A stretch of DNA of 64,000 nucleotides from an uncultured Gammaproteobacteria bacterium (GCA_964409875.1 CAYPEN010000005.1:11569-75568); one strand, 5' to 3'. Counted from the first letter of the stretch, positions 17,516-31,363 are shown. Made by a program: numbers and translations. The notes: generated by a model not told the origin, from the letters alone.

Positions 17516-18793
17516 ATGTCTTGTCTCTGGACGCGCGGGCTTATCGCGTGTGTCGGGGCGTTGTCGCTGACGTTATCCGTCGCGCACGCCGCTGATTTTA
17601 TGGAACCGCGTGGCGAATTAACGCTGACGGATGCGATCGCTGCGGCGATGCAACGCAATCCGTCGTTGCGAAACGCCGATTTTGAAATTCGCGCCGCCGA
17701 TGCGCGTATCACACAAGCGCAATTGCGGCCCAATCCTGAATTGGGCGTGACGCTAGAGAATTTCGGTGGCAGCGGCAATTTGCGTGGCACCGATACTCTC
17801 GAATCGACGTTGACGCTGAGTCAGGTCATCGAACTTGGCGGTAAGCGTAGTCGCCGTGCGGATGCCGCACGCTATGGTCGCGACAGTGCGAGCATCGAGC
17901 GCGAATCAGCACAACTCGATGTGCTCGCCGATGTCACGCGCCGTTTTATCGATGTGGCCGAACAACAAGAACAATTGTTGCTGACGCGCAAGGCGACCGA
18001 ATTAGCGGAAAAAACACTGGCCGCAATTACTGCGCGTGTGGATGCAGCGCGCGCACCGCTTGCGGAAAAAAGTCGAGCCACGATTGCACTCGGTCGAGCG
18101 TGTCTGGAGCAACAGCAAGCCGAACAATCACTGCTCACAGCGCATCGCCGCCTCGCCGCGTTATGGGGTAGCACTGAGCCGCGTTTTGGCGATGCCAAAA
18201 ACGATATGTTCGACCTGCCTGCCGTTGCGAGTTTCGACAATCTGACTACAAGGTTGCAATCGAGTCCCGATTTTTTGCGTTTCACCAGTGAAAGCCGACT
18301 GCGCGATGCCGAGTGGCAATTAGCGATGGCGCAGGCGAAATCCGATGTGACCGTTGGTGCCGGTCTGCGACGTTTCGAGGAAACCGGCGATAACGGTTTT
18401 GTGGTGAATTTCTCGATGCCATTGCCGTTCGCCAATCGCAACCAAGGCGCAATCCGCGAAGCCTCGATTCGACGCGATCAGGTGCAAGTACAACAGCAAG
18501 CGGCATTCATTACGACACAAGCCAATCTGTTCGAGTTCTATCAGCAATTGCAGCTCGCGCGCACCGAAGTCACGAGTCTTCGCACGCAATTAATTCCGCA
18601 AGCCGAATTAGCGCTGAAACAAACGCACGATGGTTACGAGCGCGGTCGCTTTTCGTATTTGGAATTAGCAGACGCGCAACGCGAATTACTCGAACTGCAA
18701 CGCACGGCCATTGCCGCTGCCGCCACCTATCACCGCGTGCTCGCCGAAATCGAACGCTTGACCAATACGTCGCTTGCGGCGACTCAGGATTAA
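17516..18793 (+). CDS. czcC: Outer-membrane efflux protein, heavy-metal RND system
   Basis: 425 aa with a signal peptide, TolC/OEP-family length and composition. First gene of a CBA operon. Confidence 0.8.
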   Translation: MSCLWTRGLIACVGALSLTLSVAHAADFMEPRGELTLTDAIAAAMQRNPSLRNADFEIRAADARITQAQLRPNPELGVTLENFGGSGNLRGTDTLESTLTLSQVIELGGKRSRRADAARYGRDSASIERESAQLDVLADVTRRFIDVAEQQEQLLLTRKATELAEKTLAAITARVDAARAPLAEKSRATIALGRACLEQQQAEQSLLTAHRRLAALWGSTEPRFGDAKNDMFDLPAVASFDNLTTRLQSSPDFLRFTSESRLRDAEWQLAMAQAKSDVTVGAGLRRFEETGDNGFVVNFSMPLPFANRNQGAIREASIRRDQVQVQQQAAFITTQANLFEFYQQLQLARTEVTSLRTQLIPQAELALKQTHDGYERGRFSYLELADAQRELLELQRTAIAAAATYHRVLAEIERLTNTSLAATQD

Positions 18794-20067
18794 TGCTCAT
18801 GAACTTACCTACGTCACTGCTTAAACCCATTTTCCCATTGCTTGCCGTGATCATCTTGCTCACTGGTTGTAGCAAAGCGCCATCCACTGCGTCTGCTGAA
18901 GCAGACGAGCACGGCGATCACGCAGAATCCGAAGCTGTCGAATTTGAGCGCGGACCGCACAATGGACGGTTACTGCGCGAAGGCGATTTCGCCGTCGAAC
19001 TCACCATTTTTGAAAACGGCGTTCCGCCCGAGTTTCGCGTGTACATGACGCACGAAGGCAAACCGATCAAGCCGGCGACGACCGCGCTCAGCATTCAACT
19101 CAATCGCTTTGCCGGTGTGGTGGATCAACACAGCTTCGCAGTAAAAGACGATTACTTGGTCAGTAAAGCCGAGGTGTACGAACCGCACTCATTCGATGTG
19201 ACGGTGATTGCTGAATACGACGGCCATCGTCATCGCTGGACCTATGCCTCCTACGAAGGTCGCACCGTTATCGATGCCGCCATGGCAAAAACGCAAGGCA
19301 TCGCAACGCAGCCTGTCGGTACCGGCAACATCAAGGAGCGTGTCGCGCTTTACGGCACGATCCAGCCCGATGCCACGCGGGTGCGGTCTGTCGTCGCGCG
19401 CTTTCCAGGTGTGATTCGCAGCGTCGATGCCGCGCTCGGCGAGCAGGTTCGCGCCGGCCAAACACTGGCGCGCATCGAAAGCAACGAAAGTTTGCAAACC
19501 TACACCGTGACAGCGCCAATCGCCGGCACGGTTATCCAGCGTCACGCCAACCCCGGTGAAGCCACCGGATCGGAGCCATTGTTTGAAATCGCCGACTACA
19601 CGCAGGTGTGGGCGCTGCTGAATGTCTTCCCACGCGATCGTGCGCGCATCCATACCGGCCAGGCCGTGGCGATTAACGCGGCCGATGGCGCGGCCATTGG
19701 CACTGGCACCATCGCCGCCATCGGTGTCGGTACCAACACGCCATCGTCGCTCAGCGCGCGCGTGATTCTCGATAATCGCAATGCGCAATGGACACCAGGG
19801 CAATTCGTCAACGCGGAAGTGACCGTCGCCGAAACCGCAGCGCCGTTGGTGTTGCCGATCAGTGCGCTGCAAACCTTTCGCGGCTGGGACGTGGTGTTTC
19901 TGAATACCGGCGACACCTACCAAGCACAGCCTGTTGAGCTTGGAAAGCGCGATGGCGAGGTGGTGGAAATTACCGGCGGCTTGAGTGCGGGCATGCCAGT
20001 AGTCGTTGCCAACTCTTATCTGGTGAAGGCCGATATCGAAAAGTCGGGAGCGAGTCATGACCATTAA
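18793..20067 (+). CDS. czcB: Membrane fusion (periplasmic adaptor) protein, HlyD/CzcB family
   Basis: 424 aa. N-terminal anchor, His-rich region after the anchor (DEHGDHAESE) and a biotinyl/beta-barrel adaptor pattern. Its start overlaps the czcC stop. Confidence 0.8.
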   Translation: MLMNLPTSLLKPIFPLLAVIILLTGCSKAPSTASAEADEHGDHAESEAVEFERGPHNGRLLREGDFAVELTIFENGVPPEFRVYMTHEGKPIKPATTALSIQLNRFAGVVDQHSFAVKDDYLVSKAEVYEPHSFDVTVIAEYDGHRHRWTYASYEGRTVIDAAMAKTQGIATQPVGTGNIKERVALYGTIQPDATRVRSVVARFPGVIRSVDAALGEQVRAGQTLARIESNESLQTYTVTAPIAGTVIQRHANPGEATGSEPLFEIADYTQVWALLNVFPRDRARIHTGQAVAINAADGAAIGTGTIAAIGVGTNTPSSLSARVILDNRNAQWTPGQFVNAEVTVAETAAPLVLPISALQTFRGWDVVFLNTGDTYQAQPVELGKRDGEVVEITGGLSAGMPVVVANSYLVKADIEKSGASHDH

Positions 20068-23256
<3,189 letters not shown>

Positions 23257-23314
23257 TAATACAATTCTCATCCGCGAAAATACGGCTGTGTGTGAAACGC
23301 GTTAGGAGCTGAGA

Positions 23315-23938
23315 GTGAACGACGAAAGAAAATCGCATTGGGAAACGGTTTACACCACGAAGGACTCCCAGTCGATGAGCTGGTATCAGCCGCACGCGAA
23401 ATTATCGCTCGCCTGGATCACGCATGCCGGTGTCGGGCACGACGGCGCGATTATCGATGTGGGTGGCGGAGCCTCCACGCTGGTCGATGATTTACTCGCT
23501 GCGGGGTATCAGAACCTGACAGTGCTCGATCTCTCGGGGGCGGCACTTAACGTTGCGTTACAACGGTTGGGGCCGCAGGCGGCGAAGGTCAATTGGTGCG
23601 AGGCCGACGTGACAACGGCTGATTTTGCGGAGCAGTCATTTGATATTTGGCACGACCGTGCCGTTTTTCATTTTCTGACGGAACTCTCTGATCGTAAGGC
23701 GTATGTGGAACAACTGCATCGCGCCGTAAAATCTGGAGGCCACGTCATTATCGCGACGTTTAGTTTAGAGGGGCCGCTGCGCTGCAGCGGCTTACCTATC
23801 GTGCAATATTCAGCGGAAATACTTCAACCGGAATTAGGGCCGCAATTTCAATTAATCGAGCAAGCGAACGAGCGGCATGTGACGCCCTCGGGTGCCGAAC
23901 AGCATTTTATTTATTGTCATTTCATCAAGCGTGATTAG
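23315..23938 (+). CDS. Class I SAM-dependent methyltransferase
   Basis: 207 aa. Glycine-rich SAM motif IIDVGGGASTL plus acidic loop LTVLDLS. Confidence 0.65.
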   Translation: MNDERKSHWETVYTTKDSQSMSWYQPHAKLSLAWITHAGVGHDGAIIDVGGGASTLVDDLLAAGYQNLTVLDLSGAALNVALQRLGPQAAKVNWCEADVTTADFAEQSFDIWHDRAVFHFLTELSDRKAYVEQLHRAVKSGGHVIIATFSLEGPLRCSGLPIVQYSAEILQPELGPQFQLIEQANERHVTPSGAEQHFIYCHFIKRD

Positions 23939-23993
23939 GCGGAAAAGCCAAAACGAATTTCAGAAAGTGTTGCCAATTTAAACGGAGATATGT

Positions 23994-25043
23994 GTGCGCA
24001 CGATGAATGTCGGAGTGATGGCTGCATTGAGTGCGGCGATATTGTTTGGTGCGGGCACACCGCTGGCCAAATTACTGCTCACTCAGATCAGTCCGTGGTT
24101 GCTGGCCGCGTTGTTATATTTAGGTTCGGGTGTGGGTCTATGGATACTACGTCGTATTCGTCGAGCACCCGCTGTACATTTAAGGACTAACGACTGGGCT
24201 TGGCTTGCGAGTGCGATATTTTTTGGCGGTGTAGTCGGCCCCGTGTTGTTAATGCTTGGCTTATCAAAAATGCCAGCGGCCGGTGCTTCGCTTCTGCTCA
24301 ATGCCGAAGGCGTATTCACTGCTTTACTCGCATGGTTTGCGTTCAAAGAAAATTTTGATCGACGCATTGCTCTCGGCATGGTCGCAATCATGGCGGGCGC
24401 GGTGGTATTAAGTTGGCCTACGCATCACTTTCAATTAAACAGCGTATGGCCCGGACTACTGGTATTAGGCGCGTGCTTGGCGTGGGGGCTCGATAATAAT
24501 TTAACGCGTAAGGTTGCACTGACCGATGCGTCTTTTATCGCGATGACCAAGGGGCTTGTTGCGGGAGGTACCAATTTTTTGCTGGCGTTGACCGTGCAGG
24601 TGACGTGGCCAGCGACCGGCACCATCGCAAGCGCAGCTTTGCTGGGATTTATTTGCTACGGCATGAGCTTGACGTTATTTGTGATCGGATTGCGCCATCT
24701 CGGTACCGCACGCACCGGCGCGTATTTTTCCATCGCGCCTTTTTGCGGCGCGTTACTGGCGATTCTATTGCTCGGCGAGTCCGTTACCGCGCAACTATTA
24801 TTAGCCGGTTGTTTGATGGCCATCGGGGTCGGTTTACATCTTCTTGAACGGCACAGCCACGCCCATCAGCATTTGGTGTTAACGCATTATCATGAACACA
24901 CGCACGATGGTGATGACCACCATCGTCATGCGCATGATAAGCCCATCGCCCACGGAACAACGCACGCCCACGAGCATCGACACGATGCGTTGCGCCATAC
25001 CCATGCGCATTATCCCGATGCACATCATCAACATTCGCATTGA
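23994..25043 (+). CDS. DMT/EamA-family transporter with His-rich C-terminal tail (probable metal efflux)
   Basis: 349 aa, ~10 TM helices. C-terminal ~70 aa has >25 His (HEHTHDGDDHHRHAHD...). True start is likely Met ~24004. Confidence 0.6.
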   Translation: MRTMNVGVMAALSAAILFGAGTPLAKLLLTQISPWLLAALLYLGSGVGLWILRRIRRAPAVHLRTNDWAWLASAIFFGGVVGPVLLMLGLSKMPAAGASLLLNAEGVFTALLAWFAFKENFDRRIALGMVAIMAGAVVLSWPTHHFQLNSVWPGLLVLGACLAWGLDNNLTRKVALTDASFIAMTKGLVAGGTNFLLALTVQVTWPATGTIASAALLGFICYGMSLTLFVIGLRHLGTARTGAYFSIAPFCGALLAILLLGESVTAQLLLAGCLMAIGVGLHLLERHSHAHQHLVLTHYHEHTHDGDDHHRHAHDKPIAHGTTHAHEHRHDALRHTHAHYPDAHHQHSH

Positions 25044-25401
25044 GTCCAGTATGATCGGGCTGCTTCAAACCACCCTCTATTATCGAAAGTCCGCTTTCAG
25101 GATACTGCGCGCTAGAAATGCCAAATGGAGGCAGGATGGCGATGCAGCTGTTGACGCGAATACGCTCAGTCGCGCCGGCCCAATACGCCATCGCCGAGTA
25201 CGCTGAAAAGTAATGCGGCCCGGACAGCTCGACATGGCCACTGGGAACGATGTGATGCTCGGGCACTGAGATCATTTCGTAACCGAGTTTTTCGGCCAAC
25301 TTGGCAAGACGTGTCTGATCCGCACCAGTCACGGCAGCCTCCCACGGCTGAGTCATCGCCTTTAGCCGCAGCATGTGCGGCATCGAAAATCCCAACTTCA
25401 T
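24784..25401 (-). pseudogene. N-terminal fragment of a luciferase-like monooxygenase (truncated)
   Basis: The first ~110 aa (MKLGFSMPHMLRLKA...YEMISVPEHHIV...) look like an LLM N-terminus. The ORF then runs antisense through the 3' end of the DMT gene with no LLM-like sequence. Confidence 0.3.
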
Positions 25402-25429
25402 GATCCACCTCTTTTTGCTTATTTAGATT

Positions 25430-26278
25430 TCAGAACCCCATGGCCGCCGTGTGTCCGCCGTCGACGAGAATGTCGCAGGCGGTGACAAAGCTGGCCGCAG
25501 GTGAACAAAGGAATACGGCCATTGCAGCCACCTCTTCCGCTCGTCCCATGCGTCCGCTAGCGGAGTTGAAGATCATGCGTTGCGCCAAGCTTTCTGCATT
25601 CGCCTGCCCCACACGTGTTTCGCCGCGGCTTATAGATGCCTCGGCGCGCGTCATCGGCGTGTCGATCGCACCGGGAGACAGGGAGATGAGCCGGACGCCA
25701 CGCTCGCCAAAACTCCTGGCTTCACGCTTCACTAGCGCGCGCACACCGAGCTTGGATAGCGGGTAGGCGATGTCTGAAATGGGAGCGAGATGAACCAGCG
25801 ATACGGAGCCTGCTGGCGGCAGCGGCGCGGTAAAGGCTGCTGCAGCTTCGGGCGGCATAGGGAAATAACTGGAGTTCGACGCGAACAGTACTACCGCCGA
25901 GCCTTGCGCCATGCGGTTTCGAATAGCCTCGACCAAGCGTACGGTGGCGTCGAGGTTGATCGCGAGGATACGCTCAGGCGAACCCATCGCCGGTGAAATT
26001 CCAGCGGTGTGGACCAGTGCAGCGATAGGTCTGTCGCCCAATACGGACAGCACCTTGCTTGGGAAGGCCAGGTCAGCAACGTCCCCAGCGACAATCTCCA
26101 CCTTCGCGCCTTTTTCGCGCAGCGGCGCCGCTGTCGCCTCAAGGCGGCTAACATCCATGTCGCAAAGCAGCAGCTCGCTCCAGCCCGCTTCAACCAGCTG
26201 AAGCGCCGTGGCTGAGCCCATGCCACCCGCCGCCCCGGTCACTACCACAACACCTTTCGGCAAGACCTGTTCAGTCAT
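25430..26278 (-). CDS. Short-chain dehydrogenase/reductase (SDR)
   Basis: VVVTGAAGGMGSATA Rossmann motif. Start placed at MTEQ (26278), which removes the overlap with the upstream gene. Confidence 0.75.
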   Translation of the reverse strand: MTEQVLPKGVVVVTGAAGGMGSATALQLVEAGWSELLLCDMDVSRLEATAAPLREKGAKVEIVAGDVADLAFPSKVLSVLGDRPIAALVHTAGISPAMGSPERILAINLDATVRLVEAIRNRMAQGSAVVLFASNSSYFPMPPEAAAAFTAPLPPAGSVSLVHLAPISDIAYPLSKLGVRALVKREARSFGERGVRLISLSPGAIDTPMTRAEASISRGETRVGQANAESLAQRMIFNSASGRMGRAEEVAAMAVFLCSPAASFVTACDILVDGGHTAAMGF

Positions 26279-26291
26279 GAATTCTCTCCAA

Positions 26292-28439
26292 TTAAATTTT
26301 TGCTGCGACATCCGCTGCGTTGCGGACGGCACCAACGATGTAACCAACACCGGCGCAGTCGCCGACCATGTGGGATTCCACTCCGGCTGCGACCAATTGG
26401 TCATAAAGGGCGGTATTTGGCTCAGCGCCCTTGGCGATGATCACCGTGTCGGCGGTCACTGCGCAGGCGTCGCCAGCCTTGTTCGTAAAAGTGACGTCCT
26501 TTGCGTTTATGCGAATGGCGCTGCAGCCCGGATGCAGTGCGATGTCCGCAAGCGGCATTTCATCGAGCATGACCGAGCGCCGAGCGACCGACAGGCCTCG
26601 CCCGAACTTGTCCTCATCGCCAACCACCGTGACGTGGCGACCGCGCTCATGCAGGAATTCAGCGAGTTCGAGTCCAACCAGTTCACCGCCGATGATCACG
26701 ACGCGATCGCCGATGGGCATCCACAACTTGCTGGCCTTGCGGACAAGTTCAGGATTGTTCGTGACACCCAATGTCCGCGCCGCACCCACAGCAAGACGCT
26801 CGACAAGAGAGGCCTTGGAGGTCGCCCCCTCGGTCTCCTCTCCCAGCAAGAGCGCACGCAGCGAGAGGCCGTCATGCACATGCGGTAGGTGTTTCCCTTC
26901 GATCTCGGGTGCACGTCGGATGGCGCCAGTTGCGACCACTACGGCATCGGGGCGCAAGGCGGAGATACTCTCCAGCGTAGCCTTATGATTGAGGCGAATA
27001 TCGACCCGCAAATCGGTCAGTCGCGCCTTCAACCATTCGACAAAATCGCCATTGGGCGCATAGGCAATAGCGGCGATACGGGCAGTGCCGCCCAGCTGTG
27101 CACCAGCCTCTAACAAGGTAACGGAATGGCCGCGCAGGGTAAGCCGGCGCGCGGCTTCCATGCCGCCTGGGCCGCCTCCGACTACGACCACCCGGCGCGG
27201 CTTCTGCGTTGGGGCAAGAAGATTGTCTTTTTCAAAGCCCACATCGGCATTCACGGCACAGCGCAGTGGTTGATGCAACATCGCCTGGCTGAGGCAGGTG
27301 TAGCAATAAATGCAGGGGCGTACGGCTTTCGCGCCACCCTCGGCAAGATGCCGCACAAAATCGTTATCGGCGATCTGCTTGCGCCCCATCGCCATGAAAT
27401 CAAACTTGCCATCTGCGATCGCCTGATCTGCAACATCCGGATCGATGCGCCCGACCGTAACCACCGGAATCGAAACGGTCGCCTTGATTGCGGCTGCAAA
27501 AGGAATCAGCTTGCCCGGTTCATGTGGCAGATAGGAGCTGAACAGCGCGCGGGGAATGCCGTAGTTGTGCGATGCGCTGACTGTGATCGCATCGACTCCG
27601 GCCGCTTCAGCGATGCGCGCCACTGCGCATGCATCTTCGAGTTGCAAACCACCCTCGATGTAAAACTCGGTCGCATTGATCTTGCACAGCATCGGAAAGT
27701 CACGCCCGATGCGCTGGCGTATCGCTTCAAGAATTTCTCGCAATAGGCGCGCGCGGTTTTCCATCGAGCCACCGTACTGATCGGTACGGCGGTTTTCAGC
27801 AGGCGAAAGAAACGAGTTGATGATGTAACTGTGCGCAGCATGAACTTCGACGGCGTCGAATCCCGCTGCAACGGCGCGGGCAGCGCCGGCGGCAAAGCTC
27901 TCAATCAACTGTGCGATATCGTCGAGCGTCATCTCCTTGAATGAAGGCATCACCCCGCCGCCAAAGTGCGACTGCGCCAGTTCTTCCGGCAGCAGCGCAT
28001 CTTTCATGCTTGCGCCTCCTGCCAGCTTTGGCATCGACGGCAGCGTAACCGTCCGCCCGGATGCCATATCACAGGCCGCCGAGAGACCACCATGATGAAG
28101 CTGCGCCGAGATGCGCCCGCCGTTGCGATGCACGGCATCGGTGATGCGCTTGAGGTCTGGCAGAAAACGGTCGTCCGAAATTCCCACCTGATTGGTTTGC
28201 ACCTGACCATGGGGATAACTCACGCCAACGGCACCCATGGTGACCAGTGCCGCACCACCCGCTGCTCGTGCAGCATAGAAAGCGATGATGTCTTCGCTGA
28301 TAGTGCCATCGGCGTTGGCAAGATTGGTTCCCATCGCGGTCTGGAACAGCCGGTTTTTAAGCTCTAGTGTTCCAATCCGTCCCGGAGCTAGCAGATGAGT
28401 GTAATTAGACATGACCGCTCCTAAGCGCCTAGGCACCAT
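26292..28439 (-). CDS. NADH:flavin oxidoreductase (Old Yellow Enzyme domain) fused to FAD/NAD(P)-binding reductase, 2,4-dienoyl-CoA reductase (FadH)-like
   Basis: 715 aa. N-terminal OYE TIM-barrel (GRIGTLELKNRLFQTAMG...) and a C-terminal GxGxxG domain (VVVVGGGPGGMEAA). Confidence 0.75.
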   Translation of the reverse strand: MVPRRLGAVMSNYTHLLAPGRIGTLELKNRLFQTAMGTNLANADGTISEDIIAFYAARAAGGAALVTMGAVGVSYPHGQVQTNQVGISDDRFLPDLKRITDAVHRNGGRISAQLHHGGLSAACDMASGRTVTLPSMPKLAGGASMKDALLPEELAQSHFGGGVMPSFKEMTLDDIAQLIESFAAGAARAVAAGFDAVEVHAAHSYIINSFLSPAENRRTDQYGGSMENRARLLREILEAIRQRIGRDFPMLCKINATEFYIEGGLQLEDACAVARIAEAAGVDAITVSASHNYGIPRALFSSYLPHEPGKLIPFAAAIKATVSIPVVTVGRIDPDVADQAIADGKFDFMAMGRKQIADNDFVRHLAEGGAKAVRPCIYCYTCLSQAMLHQPLRCAVNADVGFEKDNLLAPTQKPRRVVVVGGGPGGMEAARRLTLRGHSVTLLEAGAQLGGTARIAAIAYAPNGDFVEWLKARLTDLRVDIRLNHKATLESISALRPDAVVVATGAIRRAPEIEGKHLPHVHDGLSLRALLLGEETEGATSKASLVERLAVGAARTLGVTNNPELVRKASKLWMPIGDRVVIIGGELVGLELAEFLHERGRHVTVVGDEDKFGRGLSVARRSVMLDEMPLADIALHPGCSAIRINAKDVTFTNKAGDACAVTADTVIIAKGAEPNTALYDQLVAAGVESHMVGDCAGVGYIVGAVRNAADVAAKI

Positions 28440-28513
28440 TGTGTAGTGGCCACTACTCTACCGGGCCAACTCGGTGGCGGCAAGGAAATTAAATCCTTAC
28501 ACAGCAATGTGTT

Positions 28514-29278
28514 ATGATATTTAATGTAGTAGCCACTTTACTGCTAGGCACCCGAGCCAAGAAGTACCTACAGCAAGCATCCAGGCCACCTGCCGGCAAC
28601 CACCGAGAGAGAACTTCGTTGGACGAAAAATTGAAATTGAAAGTGCAGCGGGCCGCCAGCGGACGCAGACGCCGGTCAACCAAAGAGGTGATGAATCGAT
28701 TGATGGGTGCCGCCTGTGAGGAATTTGAATCCAACGGCTACACACGGACCAAAACGGCAACCATCGCACAAAAGGCCGGAGTGAGTGAAACACTGTTATT
28801 CAAGTATTTCGGCTCCAAAGCCAACCTGTTCCAAGATGCGATTTTCAAAGCGTTCAATCAGCACTTTACGGAGTTCAAAACTGCGCACCCCATTGCCGAG
28901 AACGACACAGAAGCTCGTCTCGAAGTTACCAAACAATATATCGGCGAGGTGCAGAATTTCCTTTCGCAGCATTCGCGAATGCTGATGCTCTTGATTACGT
29001 CGCAAAGCTACGAATCCGACGAAATTCAGGGGATCGACGACGTTACGGGACTGCATGATTATCTGCTAACGACTTCAAAAATTATTGAAAGTCGATTGCA
29101 AGAAACGCCCAACATCGACCCACTGCTGATGGCATGTATTTCATTTTCGACAATTATGTCGTGTGCTTTATTCAAAGACTGGCTGTTCCCCAAAGGGGCT
29201 GCCGATGATCAAGCAATCAATGTGGCAGTTAGAAATTTCGTGCTTGGCGGCGTGAGCGCAAACCTTATCAAGCAATGA
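28514..29278 (+). CDS. TetR-family transcriptional regulator
   Basis: TetR HTH (TRTKTATIAQKAGVSETLLFKYFGSKANLF). The real start is probably downstream of 28514, possibly non-ATG. Confidence 0.7.
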   Translation: MIFNVVATLLLGTRAKKYLQQASRPPAGNHRERTSLDEKLKLKVQRAASGRRRRSTKEVMNRLMGAACEEFESNGYTRTKTATIAQKAGVSETLLFKYFGSKANLFQDAIFKAFNQHFTEFKTAHPIAENDTEARLEVTKQYIGEVQNFLSQHSRMLMLLITSQSYESDEIQGIDDVTGLHDYLLTTSKIIESRLQETPNIDPLLMACISFSTIMSCALFKDWLFPKGAADDQAINVAVRNFVLGGVSANLIKQ

Positions 29279-29318
29279 TCGACATTCGAAATATCGCGCT
29301 GACGTCAGGAGTAATCAA

Positions 29319-29789
29319 ATGCCATCGCGCCGCGAAATCATCACGATGACACCCGAAGAAATTCGGACCTACCTCGCATCGCGTACGCGGATCATTGTCG
29401 TCACCAACGGATTTAACGGGCTGCCACACCCGATACCTATGAATTACGGCTTGGACGCGGAGGGCCGCATCCTCGTCACCACTTTTCGCAAAAGTCAGAA
29501 AGTGAAGAACCTTGAACGCGACCCGCGCGCGACATTGCTGATCGAAAGTGGAGAAAACTACACGCAACTCAAATCGGTGATTGCTTATGCAGACGCCGAA
29601 ATTATTTATGATCCGGAATTAATCGCGAGTTGTATGCAGATGATTCGTGCCGACGATGTATTGAAAGAGAGTCTCAGCGCATCGATGAGCGCGCAGGTTC
29701 AAGCATCGCTAAGTAAACGCGCCGTCGTCCGTTTCACGCCATTTCGCTATGTCAGCTGGGATCATTCAAGGCTGGGTGAGTTTTACTGA
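29319..29789 (+). CDS. Pyridoxamine-5'-phosphate-oxidase-like (PPOX/F420-class) flavin-binding protein
   Basis: 156 aa with the PNPOx-like split-barrel pattern (TRIIVVTNGFNGLPHPIPMNY...ILVTTF...). Confidence 0.5.
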   Translation: MPSRREIITMTPEEIRTYLASRTRIIVVTNGFNGLPHPIPMNYGLDAEGRILVTTFRKSQKVKNLERDPRATLLIESGENYTQLKSVIAYADAEIIYDPELIASCMQMIRADDVLKESLSASMSAQVQASLSKRAVVRFTPFRYVSWDHSRLGEFY

Positions 29790-29793
29790 CCAA

Positions 29794-30573
29794 TCAAATC
29801 CCCGCAGCGAATCCACCGCCGACTCGCAGCGTTTCTCCAGTGATAAATTTCGCCTTGGAAGACGCCAGGAACAGCATGGCCTCCACGATATCCTGTTCGT
29901 CTCCGTCATCTGAAAGATATTGCATGGATTTAATACGCGATAATGTTTCGGGAGCCATTTCGGAGCGGATGGTATCGGTGAGAATCACGCCGGGCGCGAT
30001 GGCATTCACTCGAATGCCATCGGTTGCCAGCTCGCGCGCAAAGGTCATCGTTAGGCCAATCACGGCAAGCTTCGAGGTGCCATAACCGCCACCCATAAAC
30101 GCTGAGCTTGAAGAAATATTGACGATGTTCGCTCCCTTGCGGCCAACCATGTGCGGTTGTGCCGCCAGCGTACAGGCAACGGTTCCCACCACGTTGACTT
30201 CAAACAATCGCCGAGTTTTAGCAACACCCATCTCAGCAAGTGGGCGGCTATATTCGTGACTGTGCAGGCCGGCATTGTTGATGAGGATATCAATCCCACC
30301 ATAAGTTCGCGCTACCTCAGATAGGACAGCATTAATTCGCGCCTCATCGGTTATATCGGCAGCATAGCCACAGGTCGTGCCGCCAATTTCTGCGGCAGCT
30401 GCCTCCGCCGCGGCACCATCAAGATCGATCAAAATAACGACAGCCCCTTCGCGCGCAAGAGCAGCACCAAATGCTTTGCCGAACCCGCGTGCGCCGCCCG
30501 TGATAACTGCGACCTTTCTCGTATATTCACCGCTCATAATTATTTCTCTACCTGTTGTGTTAGTACTGCGCAC
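29794..30573 (-). CDS. SDR-family oxidoreductase (FabG-like)
   Basis: VAVITGGARGFGKA Rossmann motif, plus the NNAG and YxxxK pattern. Confidence 0.8.
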   Translation of the reverse strand: MRSTNTTGREIIMSGEYTRKVAVITGGARGFGKAFGAALAREGAVVILIDLDGAAAEAAAAEIGGTTCGYAADITDEARINAVLSEVARTYGGIDILINNAGLHSHEYSRPLAEMGVAKTRRLFEVNVVGTVACTLAAQPHMVGRKGANIVNISSSSAFMGGGYGTSKLAVIGLTMTFARELATDGIRVNAIAPGVILTDTIRSEMAPETLSRIKSMQYLSDDGDEQDIVEAMLFLASSKAKFITGETLRVGGGFAAGI

Positions 30574-30599
30574 TCAGTGTCGTGACGTTTAATACGGCG

Positions 30600-31349
30600 C
30601 TAATTTGTGAGTGCAGCCTCAATCAATAGTGCCTCTGCAAAAGCCTGGGGGCGCGTCATCATTCCTTGATGGCCTGCGTCGATGCGTACGATGTGATTAG
30701 CATGGAGCCGATCCGCAAAGCGTTGCTGCCAGACAGGAGGAACGGCGCGGTCTTGAAGAAAAATGATATAGCTTGCCGGGATCAACTTCAGGTAATCGCG
30801 TCGCCACTCACGGTGCGCATAGGAACTCACCGGCCAACAATCTTTGCTCATGCCATCGAGTAGTCTGGCGCGCTGCTCGGCATTCATATCGTGGCAGAAA
30901 ATGCGTTCGTAGCGTTCGTTGGTAGGCGTGGTTACAACGTCGACAAACCAACCCACTTCGCAGGAATTCTCTCCCTGTTTACTTTTGCCCATCATTTCCG
31001 GAATGGTTTGCCCTCGACGAGGCGCGGAACAACTCGTGTAAATCAAACGCTTAAATAAATCTGGACGCAATTCAGCCATGCGTGGCATTACTGTGCCAGC
31101 CTGTGAATGACCGACCAGAATTACATCGCGCAGTCCGGATGCTTCAATATCCGCAATGAGTTCATTGACGATGTCTTCGTAAGCGATAGCGCTGGTGTCT
31201 CGCCCGCGTTTAGTGCCGCAACCCGGCGCATCGAGCGCGAGCGTGTTGCACGCGTTTCCAGTTTGAGCTGCAAGAGCGGCGATGGTCTCATCCCAAACCC
31301 AACTTCCCTGTCCGCCGCCGTGCATGAATACAAAATTGATTCTTTCCAT
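30600..31349 (-). CDS. Alpha/beta-fold hydrolase
   Basis: 249 aa. HGGGQGSW oxyanion region and the nucleophile elbow GHSQAG. Confidence 0.7.
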   Translation of the reverse strand: MERINFVFMHGGGQGSWVWDETIAALAAQTGNACNTLALDAPGCGTKRGRDTSAIAYEDIVNELIADIEASGLRDVILVGHSQAGTVMPRMAELRPDLFKRLIYTSCSAPRRGQTIPEMMGKSKQGENSCEVGWFVDVVTTPTNERYERIFCHDMNAEQRARLLDGMSKDCWPVSSYAHREWRRDYLKLIPASYIIFLQDRAVPPVWQQRFADRLHANHIVRIDAGHQGMMTRPQAFAEALLIEAALTN

Positions 31350-31363
31350 ACGGCGCCTCTTGC

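Noticed and set aside
24880-25043. His-rich tail of the DMT transporter as a possible separate metallochaperone gene
   Set aside because: It is in-frame and continuous with the transporter ORF, with no internal start or RBS evident. It is best treated as a C-terminal domain.
26431-27746. Plus-strand ORFs (185 aa, 206 aa) inside the OYE/FadH-like gene
   Set aside because: They are antisense to a 715-aa flavoenzyme gene with clear domain motifs, and their composition is Ser/Arg/Ala-rich noise.
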